DNA of 64,000 nt from Scyliorhinus canicula. Its lineage: Eukaryota. A model generated the notes under the pieces. The model did not search any database and was not told the DNA's origin. It was given only the letters and a program-made list of their open reading frames with translations. The DNA lies in NCBI RefSeq assembly GCF_902713615.1, contig NC_052152.1:149718815-149782814 (forward strand), in the 5' to 3' direction. This document shows, in pieces, positions 22,871-35,485 of this stretch (positions within the stretch are counted from its first letter, which is position 1; every line of letters begins with the position of its first letter). The position numbers and the translations under genes were made by a program.

Positions 22871-23999
22871 CTCAACTTTCAAGTGCCTTCTCGAGGGCGC
22901 ACATGCCATCTTTCAGAGAATCATTAGTGCACTTCATGTCCAACAAACCTTGATGGCTGAACAGTGTGCCTGAACCTTAGAAGCATCAACATCATAGATG
23001 CAGCAACTAACAATCAAACGCTGAAGAGCTGGGCTTCAGCACTGTGGATGTTCTCATGACAAAAGGGTAAGTGTGTGGATGAGTAAAGGGCAGCTGAGCA
23101 TGGTTTCTTTAATGCTCCCGGCATAGGTCTAAGCTCTGAGGTCTCGAGACTACTGATATGGCCGGGGGTGAGTGTGCAGAGCAAGGTTTACCAGCACAAC
23201 TGGCTCGGTGGATGGCACGCTGAGAGATGGTGGGACACGTAAGGGTCAGGGAGTCTTGGGGGATTTAAGCATCCCGGAGTGGAAACCCTAACTGATTGTC
23301 TGTCTCTTTCCTTCTACAATTCCTTCCACAAAATAATGATTTCTGGAGTCAGTCCTGTGGAGGCTCCTCTTGCTTTGCTTGTGGCAGTCGAGGCTTCAGA
23401 CACTGAAGATTGCAGCAGCACCAACACGGCCTGAGGGTGGCGTAACATGTGCAGAGGACCGCCGCACACCCTGAAGACCCAGCCACCAATCAGGTTGAGG
23501 AGGGACCCAGAAGGGGAGGCGAGCAATGGCTCAAGGTGTACAGGGGTCATTGGTCATTCGATGAGCTGACGGATGCCACGTTCCATAGAAGGCTGCATCT
23601 CAGCAGGGAGACCTGCTCACAGACCTAGCACCCTGTGGAGAAGGAGGATGCCCTCTTTCCATGGCTGTGGAGCTCACTTCAACCCTGAACCTCTATGCCA
23701 CGGGGTCATTCCAGGGTTGAAGCGGGGACCTGTGTGGCATATCACAATCTTCTGCCCACAGTTGACGGATGCTCTGCATGCCCAGTATCAGACAATATCA
23801 CGTTCAACCTGGACAAGGCCCACCAAGGTGCCCGGGCTGCAGGATTTGCTGCCTTTTCCGGATGCCACAGGCCCAGGGGCCAATCAATGGCACGCACATC
23901 ACCCTGCGAGTACCATGGCATCAGGGAGTAGCCTATATTAACAGGAAGGAGTTCCTCTCATGTATGTCCAGATTGCATGCGACCTCCGCCTCCGATCAT

Positions 24000-24969
24000 G
24001 CACGTTTGTGCTGCTATCATAGGCATTGCTGTGCCGGGGGAGTATATTCGGAGCAGACTGTTGTCTCCTTGGCCTCCAGCACTTTCCCCTCCTTCATGGT
24101 GCTCGTAGAGTCCTGGGGTTCCAAGGAATGGAGGAGCAGCTGGAGTGAGATCCAGAGGCCTCCGAGTCATCTGCCGCTTCCAGTCTTGGAGGCTCTTCAT
24201 TGTCTGCACCATGGTATCCATGGCCTCAGCAATGGTCCTCAGTGACTGGACCATGCCCTGCAGTGCTTCGGCAATGTTCATCTGCATCTGGGACACATCC
24301 CTCAGTGATTGGGACTTGATTTTGAGCTCATCAGTCATGGTTGTCATAGATTAAGGCATGCTTTGGACACCACCATTCAAGATGCGGACGTCCTCCAGAT
24401 TTTCGTCTGTGATCGTAACCCCAGCAGTGTTGGCCTTGATGTCACACACTGCCGTTACCATCTCCTGCGTCTGCAGCCTTTGGGACTCCTCCATTCGGCA
24501 TTGCTGTTGCTGGAATGTTGCTGACTCCCTTCCTGAATCTCATGGCCGTCTTCTATCATCTGCACAGCTCAAGAGAACCTTATCCAGAGACTCAGCACCT
24601 GGCTGGGACCCAGCTGTATCCTGGGATCCAGCAGAACTCCAACTGCTGTCTCTCTTGGATGTTCCTGCCACTACCTGATGAGCATCAACAACTGTGTGGT
24701 CCAGTCACTGAGGACCATTGCTGAGGCCATGGATACCATGGTGCAGACAATGAAGAGCCTCCAAGACTGGAAGCGGCAGATGACTCAGAGGCCTCTGGAG
24801 CTCACTCCAGCTGCCCCTCCATTCCTTGGAGCCTCCAGGACTCTATGAGCACCATCAAAGAGGGGAAAGTGCTGGAGGCCAACTCCGGGCCTGCCACCAA
24901 GGAGACAACAGTCTTCTCTGAATATATCCACCCGGCACGGCAATGCCTATGATAGCGGCACAAGCGTGC
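24000..24969. repeat. Inverted duplication, arms 24000-24253 and 24697-24969
   Basis: The arms are close reverse complements around a ~440-bp spacer. Confidence 0.92.
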
Positions 24970-27900
24970 CCCAGCAGCCTAACCACCAATATCACCCACC
25001 AAGGTATGTGCCTGTGCACTGATGGAAGGTGCGGGTGATAGCTGTGACACCTCACCGGTGGTCAACTCAGAGCTCAATTCCGAGGTGCTGGTTCGGGTGG
25101 CAGGGCGATGGGGGGAATGACTCCAGATGGCCTGGCCTTATCAGATGGAAATCCTGCAAGACAATGGACATGTGGTCAGTGTGAGGGAAGGATCATTTTG
25201 TCTGACATGAAATGCTCACTTGAGACAGTTCAGCTGGGTGAAGGGGCAGTGGATCCTTACGTCTCTGGTGCAGGCCAACCTCGCTGTTGGTGACTACTCT
25301 CTCCTTGGGCAATCCCACAATTTCCAGGGCCTGTTCCTCATAGGGGGTGAGGTCTCAGATCTTTGGTACTTCACCCCCAGTCTTGTCCCTTTCACACCTA
25401 TTATGTGCAATCTTCTCCTGTAAGGTCAAAGAGAGGACATTGTGAGCCGTGTGTTTGATGGGTCGGGGAGGTCTATTGCAGGTGGCAAGTGTGGGCACCA
25501 CAACTGGACATGAAGGAGTTGTACTATTTCTGATGAAGAAGCACGAAGATTGGATGTGGGGTGGGTGTGTTATGTCAGCCAGTGCTTTGTGGGGGGGAGG
25601 ATTTGGGAATTGGAGGGCTGGCAGGCAGGACTGATGCCAGGAGAGAGGTGATTACTTACCTTTGCAGCCCGCTGGAGGTTGTTTGTCTGCTTCCTAGATT
25701 GGACGGTGGTCCTTCTGGTCATGCTGCCCGCTCTGACAGCCGCTGCCACTGCCTCTCAGGAGGCATTGCTGTCCCTGCTTCTGGTCATCCGACCCATCGG
25801 GGAACAGGGTGACCATTCTCCCATCCACTGTGTCGAGAAGCCTTGTGAGGTTGGCATCGTCAAAGTGAGGAGCAGGTCTGTGCACTGCCATCCTTGTGTA
25901 TTGACTGGGAATGAGTATTTAAAAGCAGCTCCTTCCTGTTAGCGGCGAGAAGCTGAGGCGCGAGTCAAACGGCGAATGAGCCAATAGTGTTGAGAATCTC
26001 ATGGGGGCTCATCTTTGGAACCAAGTGCCATCGAACATAGGCTGCAATCTCCCCAACACGGCCGTCACGAAACAGCCTGTCAAACGCACTCAAAACTGGA
26101 CTTTTTTGTTCATTTTTCCATTGAATCGCACCCATTGCCTTGTAATGTGATCAGAACAATGATTTCTCGGTTGGTTTTTTAGCATATTTGTGCTCTGTCG
26201 ACACAAAGAGTCTGCAAATCACCTGGTCAAGCTTTAGCTCAACAGACCCAACATTCAGTCTTCCAGATCAGTCATTCAGGTCAAATGCCAGGCATGGTTG
26301 GTTGAGAACAAAGTAGCTTCGCATTGACTCTCTTCCAGCATCACCTATTGTTTTTATTTATTACATTGGATTTTAGCATCACCCACAGATATATTGAATG
26401 CAACTTTTAGAGCAGATGTATGCCAAGTAGTGCAGCTACACTCGTCACCCACTGTGTGCAGTCAGTAACACGCAAAACCTTGAAGATGTAGTGTGGAATT
26501 ATTGATATATCTTCAAATGTACTCAACAGCTCAATGAACCATGCAGAATGGATGAGCTGATGAGAAAGAGGGCAGCGCCTTTCATTTGATTTACCTCTTT
26601 TAAAGGGCTTAAATTGCATCCTTGTGGCAGGATTGCAAACTTATATTTGACATTGTGAACTTTAATCAGTATTTGGAATACGAGTATTGTTACATGTTAG
26701 GTTACGACAAAACACTTTCAGAAAAATCCCCGACAGTTCTTTGCAGCATCAATCCACTCAATGACAGGAACTGGATGAGCTTCATGAACTATTCACATTT
26801 TTCCACTTTTTAATTTGTATATTTGAACAAAGCTATTTTAAAAGAATGAAGGCATTTATAATTACCTCTCAGCCAGTTTTAAGATGGCATTCAGCCAAGG
26901 TAGAGAAAATAAATATTTCCTGATGAAGTTTTGTTTGATTTGTGGCTACCCTCCATTAGTTAGAGAAGGGTACACATAATTCCCTTGATTAATTATAGTC
27001 ATTGTCTTGCTGTAGCTCTCTCAAGCACAGGGATTAACCATCCTGGCGTTCTAAATTTGTAGGACTTTTATTTTGAAGACTGAAGGAGAATGAAAATGTA
27101 TCCTCCATGAGGAACGTAAAGGCATTAAGCACAGCAGACATGAAGACTCCTGTCAGTATGAGCAGTGATCTAAGCATTTTCGAGCAACCTCAAAATTCCA
27201 GACCCCTTTGAGCAGGTTCCAATATGACCGTTCCATGTACATAATATTTTTATCGAGCATTATGCAAATATAACATACACATTGAAAACACTCATGCCTT
27301 TTTACCAAGTTCTTCTATCTTCCGATTGTCCGTACGGGATTGAACAGTTTGTGATGTGTAATAGCATAAACATTTAAAGCGAATCTAATTACAAAGTAGT
27401 AAATGCAATACAGAAAGATCCTAGGTTTTAATTTTGCTGTGTGGTGCAGTCAGAGGATGATGCTAGAATATTAAACCCTTCAGTCAAGCCTGCTGCCAGA
27501 GGGCTGTGGGATTAAAGTCTAAAACTAATAAGAGCAGTTGCTTCTTTCACTTCTGAGCATGGCTCTGTTCTCTGCCTCCATCAAGTGATCAATCTGTCAC
27601 CATCTAGTTTAATAATTCAGAAGGTGCTTGATCATGTTAAGTTTCAGTGCGTGGATCTGTGGTTTATTGAATTCGCCTGATTTCTTTATTGGTTCAGGGC
27701 TAGAAAGAGAAAGTAATGTTCAAATGCAGAGGGCTACTTGAGAAATGCAAAGTCCAGAATCCATTAACAAAATGTAAACATGCCTTTTTTAAGGATTGGG
27801 GTCTGAATAAGAATAACAGTCCCAACGGGAAACAATATGCTTAAGGGCTTATTTTATCTTCCCATCTAAAAATATTTAAATATTATGGGTGAACCTTGAT

Positions 27901-27990
27901 TAGCATAACCAGGGCCAAGTCAGGTGGTTAAAAACTTCTCTGTGCTGCTGACATTTCTTGTTTTTGCACAATCCCAACTCTTGAAACTCG

Positions 27991-28190
27991 TCAAAGATGT
28001 GCAGGTTAGGTGGATTGGCCATGCTATATTGCCCCTCAGTGTCCAAAGGTTAGTTCGGGTTACTGGGTTACAGGCATTGGGTGGAGTGGTGGCCTTAAGC
28101 TTAAGTAGGGTACTCATTCCAACAGCCGGTGCAGACCCAATGGGCCGAATGGCCTCCTTCTGCACTGTAAATTCTATGATTCTGTGATTA
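27991..28190 (+). mobile_element. 5'-truncated HE1-like SINE (tail type 1)
   Basis: AAAGATGTGCAGGTTAGGTGGATTGG through to CACTGTAAATTCTATGATT. Confidence 0.88.
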
Positions 28191-28639
28191 TTCTTGAGCT
28201 AGTGCTTCTCTTAGATCCTCACCCAGTCTTATAATCTTTTTTTTCCAAAAGCAGAATTCTAGATTATGGCAATGGGGAGCAGCAATGGGTGGGTGCAGGG
28301 TTGGGGGGGGGGGGGGGGGGGGGATGAACGTGTGTTGGTTAGAGAGATGGTGAGTAACCATAGAGCGTAGTTGTGAGTGATAATCTTAATATTAAATTTA
28401 ATGAGAGACTTCAACACATGATCTCGGCTCAGATTCCAGTGAAGTATCTTAGCAGTGCTGCACTATTGGGGGTGCAATCTTTCAGATAAACTGATCCCCC
28501 ATTTCCCCATCTTTGATGAATGCAATATATCCCATGGCACCATTTCAAAGAACAGTAGGGGGTTCTCTTCAGTGCCTGAACCAAAATGTATCAGTCAATT
28601 TGTAGATTATCTCATCGTTGAACCCATTGCCGGTTTTTA

Positions 28640-29790
28640 AAATGTATTTGTTCACATGATGTCAGCATCGCCGATTAAGTTACAATTTATTACCCATCAT
28701 TGACTGCACTAGAGAAAGTGGTGATGAGACGCCTGCTTGAACTGCTGCAGTCTATGTGGTAGAGAAACATTCACAGTGCTGTTAGAGTGGGTGTTCCTGA
28801 ATTTTCATCTAGCGACAGTGAAGGAACAGAGATGAACTTCCTAGTCAGGATAGTGAGTGGCTGGTCGGGAAACTTAGAGGTAGTGGTGTTCTCATGTATC
28901 TGCTGGCCTTATCCATCAAGGTGATAGAGGTGGAAAGTTGGGCAGGTGCTTTCAAAGAAGCCTTGTTGAGTTCCCACAGTGCATCTTGTAGATGATACAC
29001 ATTGCTGTCACTGTCTGCCAGTGGTGGAGGCATTGAATGTTGAAGATGGTGGATGGGGTGCAATTCATGCAATTTTTAAAAATCACTGGCTGGGCCAGCA
29101 TATATTGACCATCCCTGACTGCCCTTTAATTCTGAGGGCATTTAAGAATCAATCACGTTACTGTGGATCCGGAGTCTCATGTAGGCCAGACAAGATAAGT
29201 TCAGCAGATTTCCTTCTGTACAGAACATTAATGAACCAGATGTTTTTTTTTAAACAACAATTGACAATGGTCATCATTAGACTTTATATTTCTGGATTTT
29301 TGTCAAATTCAAATTTCACCATCTGCCATGGCGGGATTCTTCATATCTTGCCCTAGGTCTCTGGATTACTAGTCCAGTGACAATGCCACTACCCCACTGC
29401 CTCCCCTAATTGTTTTGTCCTGGGTGGTGCCCAGCTTCATGAGTGCAGTTGGAGCTGTGCTGATCCCAGGAAAGGAGAGAATATTCCATTACACTTCTGA
29501 CCTGTGCCTTGCAGAAAGTGGACAGTCTTTGGGGAGTCAAGAGGTGAGTTTGTCACTGCAGATTGCTCCAGCCTCTGACATGCTCTTGTAGCCACAGTAT
29601 TTATATGGCAGGTCTACTTCAGCTTTTGATCAATGGTACCACCAGGAGGTTGATAGTGGGAGATTCGACGATGGTAATGCAATTGAATGTCAAGGGCAGG
29701 TGGTTGGATTCTCTCTTGTTGGAGATGGCCATTACCCGGTACTTGTGTAGTACAAATGTTACTTTCCACCTGTCAGCCCAAGCTTGATTT
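28640..29790 (-). mobile_element. Decayed CR1/L2-group LINE 3' fragment
   Basis: 3' end similar to the tail of the SINEs at 29072 and 48790. Related fragment at 36655-36830. Confidence 0.6.
29072..29405 (-). mobile_element. tRNA-derived SINE (family C)
   Basis: Head GGGAGGCAGTGG..TAGTGGCATTGTCACTGGACTAGTAATCC; homologous to 48790-49110. Confidence 0.8.
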
Positions 29791-30895
29791 TCTGCTTGTG
29801 GGACCTAGTTGCTGCAAATTGACTGCCTTGTTTCCCTACATCATAACAATCACTACGCTTCCAAAATAAATATATTGCTATGGCTGTGAAGCATTTTGGG
29901 ATGTTCTGAGGTCAGGAAAGATGCTCGGGAATTTAATGCTGTCTCTTACTATAACACCTGTTGTGGTTAAGTTTTCCTGGTGCGAAAAACCCTTGGTTCT
30001 GAGGCAATTATTCTTCATGTATGAACTGCAATTATGTGTGTCTACAGGCTAATAAATTGCGAAGGGTATTACATCTTATGAAATGATCTGCATCCACAAT
30101 CCAGCAAGGGAAACCTGGTTGATATTTTCACCCTCTCCTTAATCCCCGGTAAATGGAGGCCAAAGCTGAGCCTTGAACTTGCACCAGCCAACAGAACACG
30201 ATACAATACAGTACATTCAATGCTGGGTCTGCTTGGCTTTGTGTTTTGTACTTCAGACTTGGCGTTTCCTGACCCTACCATCAAAGGAGTAACAAATGCT
30301 ACTGTAATGATAAGATAGATTATATGCGCATATACATGATTAAAAATGTATAATGTAGAAATCAGCATCATAATGCAGGAAACATGAACCCATTTACACT
30401 CAAAAACGTACCCCTTAAAATAAACCAGCATATTGAAAATTTAGAAACTGTGCTAAAATGCAAGTCTAAATAAGAACTGGGAAGAAAAATACATAGAGAA
30501 AATGAATAGGAGAGTGATTCTCCCAGGTCTGTTATAATAATGCACTGCAGACTGAATAATTGTGCAGCAGCACCATTATTTCAAATTCTCAATAAAAGGC
30601 CTGACTCTGCAAGTGTTTAGTATAATTGTCCAAGATATCATTTATATTACAAAAGCAGATATGTGCTGTCATTTGCATCTTGCAAACCTTTGACTAATGA
30701 TCTTCACATCCCAAAACATTTCAGTCATGCCATTAATTATGAATTAGCCAATAATTTATCTTGATTTTTTAATATGGGAATTAATAAACTGGTCCTGGGC
30801 AGCAACCATAGGGATTGCAGATAATTTGCAAATTAACTTCATGACTAAGCAGAGCGTTTACCTTAATATATGGCAGCATTGCATTTCTAGACAAG

Positions 30896-31521
30896 GGGCG
30901 GAATTCACCGTTGGCCGACGCTGAAATCGTGAAACGCGATTGGGTGGGTGAAGAATAGCCTCCGAGGCCAAAATTGCCGTAGGCGCTGGTTTGACCCCAA
31001 ATCGGGATCCTCCAGCACCCCAAAAATGGCGTAAATGCGTCGTTTGCAGCGCGCTGTTTAAGCACCGTTGACATATCATTAGTGGGCCTGACCCTCTATT
31101 CTCCGGGGCCTCCGCGATTCACCGCTGCCGATGGGCCAAGTTCACTTGTGGTCTCAGCGGTCGTAAACCCGTCCGGGAGCCATGCTGCTGGCCAGGGGAG
31201 ATTCCGCGTGGACTAGGGGCACTGGTGGGGGGTGGTGGCGAGGGGTGGCCAGGGGGGCTGTATTTGGCAGGTCAGGTCTTGTTTTACGGCATGACTGCTG
31301 CAGGTCGTCGCCATGCGCATGCGGGGCCACGGACCCGGTCATTCTCCAGCCGTTTTTGCCGTGGGAGCCGGGAGTTTTACTCGGCGTGGCTCACTGGTCC
31401 CTCACTGGCCCCTCACTAGTCAAAGGATCGATGTGTGTTCGGCGCCGAGTTTTCCATAGTAAAACGCCACAGTTCCTGTGCCGGCGTTGGCAGTTAGCCT
31501 CCAAATCGGTGAATCCAGCCC
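30896..31521. mobile_element. Harbinger-type MITE
   Basis: TIRs GGGCGGAATTCACCG / CGGTGAATCCAGCCC; TSD AAG. Confidence 0.9.
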
Positions 31522-31889
31522 AAGATATTTGGAAGTAACAGTAAATAAGTTGAAGCTGATCTTATAAATTCCAAACCATTCTGACACCAACATCAAACAA
31601 AGCAAGGGCATTGAATGGAACTGTATCTGCAATCGGTCCCTCACCCTCATTACTTCTTCTGATCATCAATAAGATTATTTAAAAAGAAACATTTTCGTAA
31701 AAATAATTCCTTGAAATGATATGGTAATTTCCTCTTCCAAGCGAGGAGCCTTGATCATTTAACTTACAATTGAATTGAAAATTTTTATTCAAACCTTACC
31801 TGAAAGAGCACAGACTGTGATGCACATCTTTACTTGGGCCATCTTGTGGTCTGATCTTCTGCTGCGCATTTCCGTCAACACTCTACGTG

Positions 31890-32431
31890 CGCCCCCCCCC
31901 CCCCCGGCGATTCTCCGACCGGGATGGGCCGAGTGGCCATACAAAAAAAACCCGAGTGCCGCCGGCGCCATTCTAACCTAGTCTTACCATGCGGGACCTC
32001 AGCGGGGAAAGATCCGGGGGCGGCCTGTGGCGGGGGGGGGGAGGGGCGGGGGGGGGGGGGAGGGGCGGGGGGGGGGGGGGTCCGACCCGGGGGGGGCTTC
32101 CGCTGTGGCCTGGCCCGCGATAGAGGCCCACCAATTTGCGGGCCGGCCTCTCGGGCTGGGGGCCTTATTTGTTCCGCGCCAGCCCCTGTAGCCCTGCGCC
32201 ATGTTGCGTCGGGGCTGGAGCGGTGAAGGGAGACATCGCTCATGCGCAGACCCGCGGCACCCATCTGACTCCGGGATCGGCAGCTGGAGCGGCGTGGGTC
32301 GCTCCAGTGCCCTGCTGGCCCCCTGTAGGGGTCAGAATTGCTGCTCCTGAGGCCATGTTGACGCCGTCGGGAAACACAACGGCGTTTACGATGGCGTCAA
32401 CACTTAGCCTCAGGATCAGAGAATCCCATCC
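31890..32431. mobile_element. Harbinger-type MITE, left end lost
   Basis: Similar to 12424-13212; right end AGAGAATCCCATCC. Confidence 0.75.
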
Positions 32432-32841
32432 ACCGTTATTTCTGTACTTGCCTTAGCTTTAACAAAGTTCATTACACAGATCTCTTTCAATGGCCTCTTG
32501 GCTTTTATATTACAAAACTGCCTTTCCCTATTGGCTACTGTGGTTTGTAAAAGGATTTCTAAAATATTAATATATCTTTCTTGATTTTAACAGCACATTA
32601 AAGTATATCATTAGTTCTTAGGATAATGTGCTGAAGAAAAAAATCAAGCACATGTTTTCTTTTCATTTTATTGCCAACATTGTAAACAACATTTATGTTA
32701 CTTAGGCAATGATATTAATGATAATGTAAGCATGACATCATATCAGACGGCCAAGGTTCCCCGGAGGAGCAGTTCACAGAACAATCTGTGTCCGGAGTGT
32801 TTCTTAAAATTGAATACAGCCTATGTTTAAGTCACTCACCG

Positions 32842-34345
32842 TGTAAGAGAAACCTCATTCAGCCTGAAACGAACATGGAGCCGAGGTCAATGATCCAAAC
32901 TTTAATAAAGGATACGGGGAGTCCACACTGAGTAAAATAAGAAACAAGTTTTATTTACAGAAACAATATGTACACTACCCGGTTGATTCCTACTCGGTTC
33001 CGCGTCTGGTCGGTGTCTTCTTGGCCGACCTCTTATACATTGATTAATTGAGATACCCCGTCCGTAGCTGGGGAGCTCGCAATCCGCAAAGAACACGGGG
33101 AAGACAAACATTTCCACCCCGCAGTATCCGTGTGGGGTATTACATTCATCCCCCACAAAGTCCGAAGACCCCCTTAATGAGCGATGAGGTAGGGAAGGGG
33201 GTGCAGGCGGAGGACATGGAGTGTCTTCAGCCCCTGTAGGTCATCATGGAGCTGATGAGCAGGATCAGCAGCATGTATCTCTCTGGTGAATGTTATCTTT
33301 GACAAGAACGTTGTAACGGATGATTGTCAGGAGGTGACTGAACTATGGAGTTGGCGTCCGATTTGTGTCTGCATTTCGGAGTTGGAAGACATACCATCGG
33401 GTATGTCGGCGTCAAGAAAGATTGGAGGCATCACAGTAGGCTGCTTCAGCAACAGCCCTCAACATGCTGTATCATCAGTTGCCCCTGAACCCGAACTTGG
33501 TCAGAGACTGGTCCTGTTTGCTGGACGACAATCCCAGAGAGCCAGCGAACACGGTTGTTGAAGTTATGAACGAACGGCACATAGTCAGGTGCGACGCATC
33601 GGCGAGGTAGGCGTCAATCTGGGTAATGCACCTTGGCACCAATGTCCGGTAGAATCAAACTCAGTTGTGTAAGAAGCCTACGATCCATTAACATCTCAGC
33701 GAGTGCTATCCTAGTTACTGCGAGCGGCGTGGTCTTGCACGAGTGTAAAAATCTTGCCAGTCTTGTGTCCATCAAGCCAGACATCTGTGAGCCCCCATTT
33801 AACCATTTGCACGGCGCTCTCTACCAAATCTTTTGATGCAGGATGGTATGGGGGGGTGAGAACATGACGAGTCCCATTGTTTTTCGTAAGAGTCGTAAAT
33901 CCTTCACTCGTAAAAGAGGCCCCATTATCGTTGACGAGTACCACAGGGATTCTGTGGGTGGAAAAAGAAATGCGCAATCACTTGATAGTCACCCAGGATG
34001 TGATTAATGCCATTTTCTGGATCTCCAGTCACTTTGAGTGGTTGTCCACCAACATGAGAAACATCAAATCGAAGGGGGAACTAGAGAAATTGGCATGAAA
34101 TCCCAAGTGTGTAGGGATGCTGCCGCGGGGAGTTTCTGATGTTCTTTACAGATGGAGCACCGCTGGGCCAACGTCTCGATATCTATGTCCAAAACTGGCC
34201 ACCAGATGGAGCTTCCTGCCAGCACCTTCATTTTGGACACCCTGGCATGTCGTTGTGAAGGTCCTTCAACACCAGCGTCAAATGCACCTACCCACCCAAA
34301 CAGATGCATGGCGAATCAATGAAATAAAAACCTGGGTCTAGCGAA
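32842..34345 (-). mobile_element. Truncated Gypsy element: integrase remnant, PPT and 3' LTR (~32842-33144)
   Basis: HARVSKMKVLA..WWP..CSIC and VNDNGASFTS..PPYHPAS motifs; polypurine GGGGGATGAA abuts TGTAAT. Confidence 0.85.
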
Positions 34346-34740
34346 TCGGCAAGGTGGCTCAGCTGAAGCGGGCACGCCGTACAACGTGGCACTGGCCATG
34401 CGCGGACACGATCTGCCAGATAGTGCCCCCCTGGGCACCCCCTTGCTACCACCAGGCACCCCCCCACACCAATGCCCCCAGCCTTCGCCGAAGACACCCC
34501 GGCCAGCAGCACGGCTCCCACCCGCCTGTTGGTGCAGCTGGACACGGTCCGCTGCCGCCATGCCAGGTTCCCAACTGCTGAGAAAATGAGTCAACCGCGC
34601 ACTTGGGAACTTGGCCATCGGGGGTGGAGCATCAGGGGAGGGCCTTCAGGTAACATCCTGAGGCCGTCCCAACAGCGTGCGGTGTGCTCCTCAATGACGC
34701 TGTTTTGGAGGGGGCGGAACATCTAAAAACAGGCGCCACT
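34340..34740. mobile_element. Harbinger-type MITE fragment
   Basis: Similar to 22480-22800 and to the reverse complement of 19050-19340. Confidence 0.7.
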
Positions 34741-35135
34741 TCCCACCTTTTATGATTATTAATACCCTGCTTGGATTGTTCCTGACTTCCATTGCATCAT
34801 AACCATCGAGAAAATAACTGATACAATTTAAATTTAAAGTTACAAACACTTTAATTATTCCTGCCTCATCAGATTGCCATTATCTGTGCTGTGGTAGCAC
34901 AAGACAGATGCTAATCTTCATTATCCAGCTGTTCCAATTTAGGAGCATCTTTGTTTGAGTTTCCATGTTTGCATCAGGGTAGTCTAGAATTGAGTGATCT
35001 CTAGTTTTAGATGGATTTTTTGGTAGTTTGCTCCTTTCCCCTCAGACACTGGCTCTGTCACCAATGTCAGCAGTTAGCTATTGGGACCTCACCCATGTGG
35101 TTGTCATTGCTGGGTATGCCTTGACAGTGATTTTA

Positions 35136-35485
35136 TAGAATCATAGAATCTACAGTGCAGAAGGAGGCCATTCGGCCCTTCGAGTCTGCACCAGCCCTTG
35201 GAAAGAGCACCCTACCAACGTCTACAGCTCCACATTATTCCCACACCTTTGCCCTATCCCCATAACCCCACCTAACCTTTTATGGACCCTAAGGGCAATT
35301 TAGCATGGCAATTCCACCTAACCTACACATCTTTGGACTGTGGGAGGAAACCGGAGCACCTAGAGGAAACTCACGCAGACACGGGGAGAACTTGCAGTCT
35401 CCACACAGTGACCCAAGCTGGGAATTGAACCTGGGACCCTGGAGCTGTGAAGCAACTGTGCTAACCACTATGCCACCATGCTGCA
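35136..35485 (-). mobile_element. HE1/V-SINE-like SINE (tail type 1)
   Basis: Reverse complement of the 8947-type sequence. Confidence 0.9.

Larger units (their letters stand above)
21183..26133. mobile_element. Composite region: internally deleted Harbinger transposon plus nested MITEs (left boundary uncertain)
   Basis: TIR-like starts GGGCTGGATTC and GGGCAGGATTC; right end GAATCGCACCC. Transposase remnant 23335-24060 (+; QGPINGTHITL, YINRKEF). Myb exons from 25891 (-; APHFDDANLTRLLDTV) with GTAAGT donor and TACAG acceptor. Confidence 0.75.
28380..29947 (+). mobile_element. Old SacSINE1/DeuSINE-like SINE split by a LINE (pieces ~28380-28620 and 29790-29947)
   Basis: Recalled Deu-domain-like GTGCTGCACT..TCTTTCAGAT..ATCCCATGGCAC.ATTTC, and tail TGGCTGTGAAGCATTTTGGGATGTTCTGAGGTC..GAAAG. 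Confidence 0.6.

Noticed and set aside
27079-27211. Plus-strand open stretch LKENENVSSMRNVKALST...
   Set aside because: Short, with a weak acceptor and no recognisable homology; within chance expectation.
30069-30431. 120-aa minus-strand ORF, possible exon or miRNA-like hairpin
   Set aside because: Weak splice sites, no known motif and no match to a miRNA I recognise. It could still be a conserved non-coding element.
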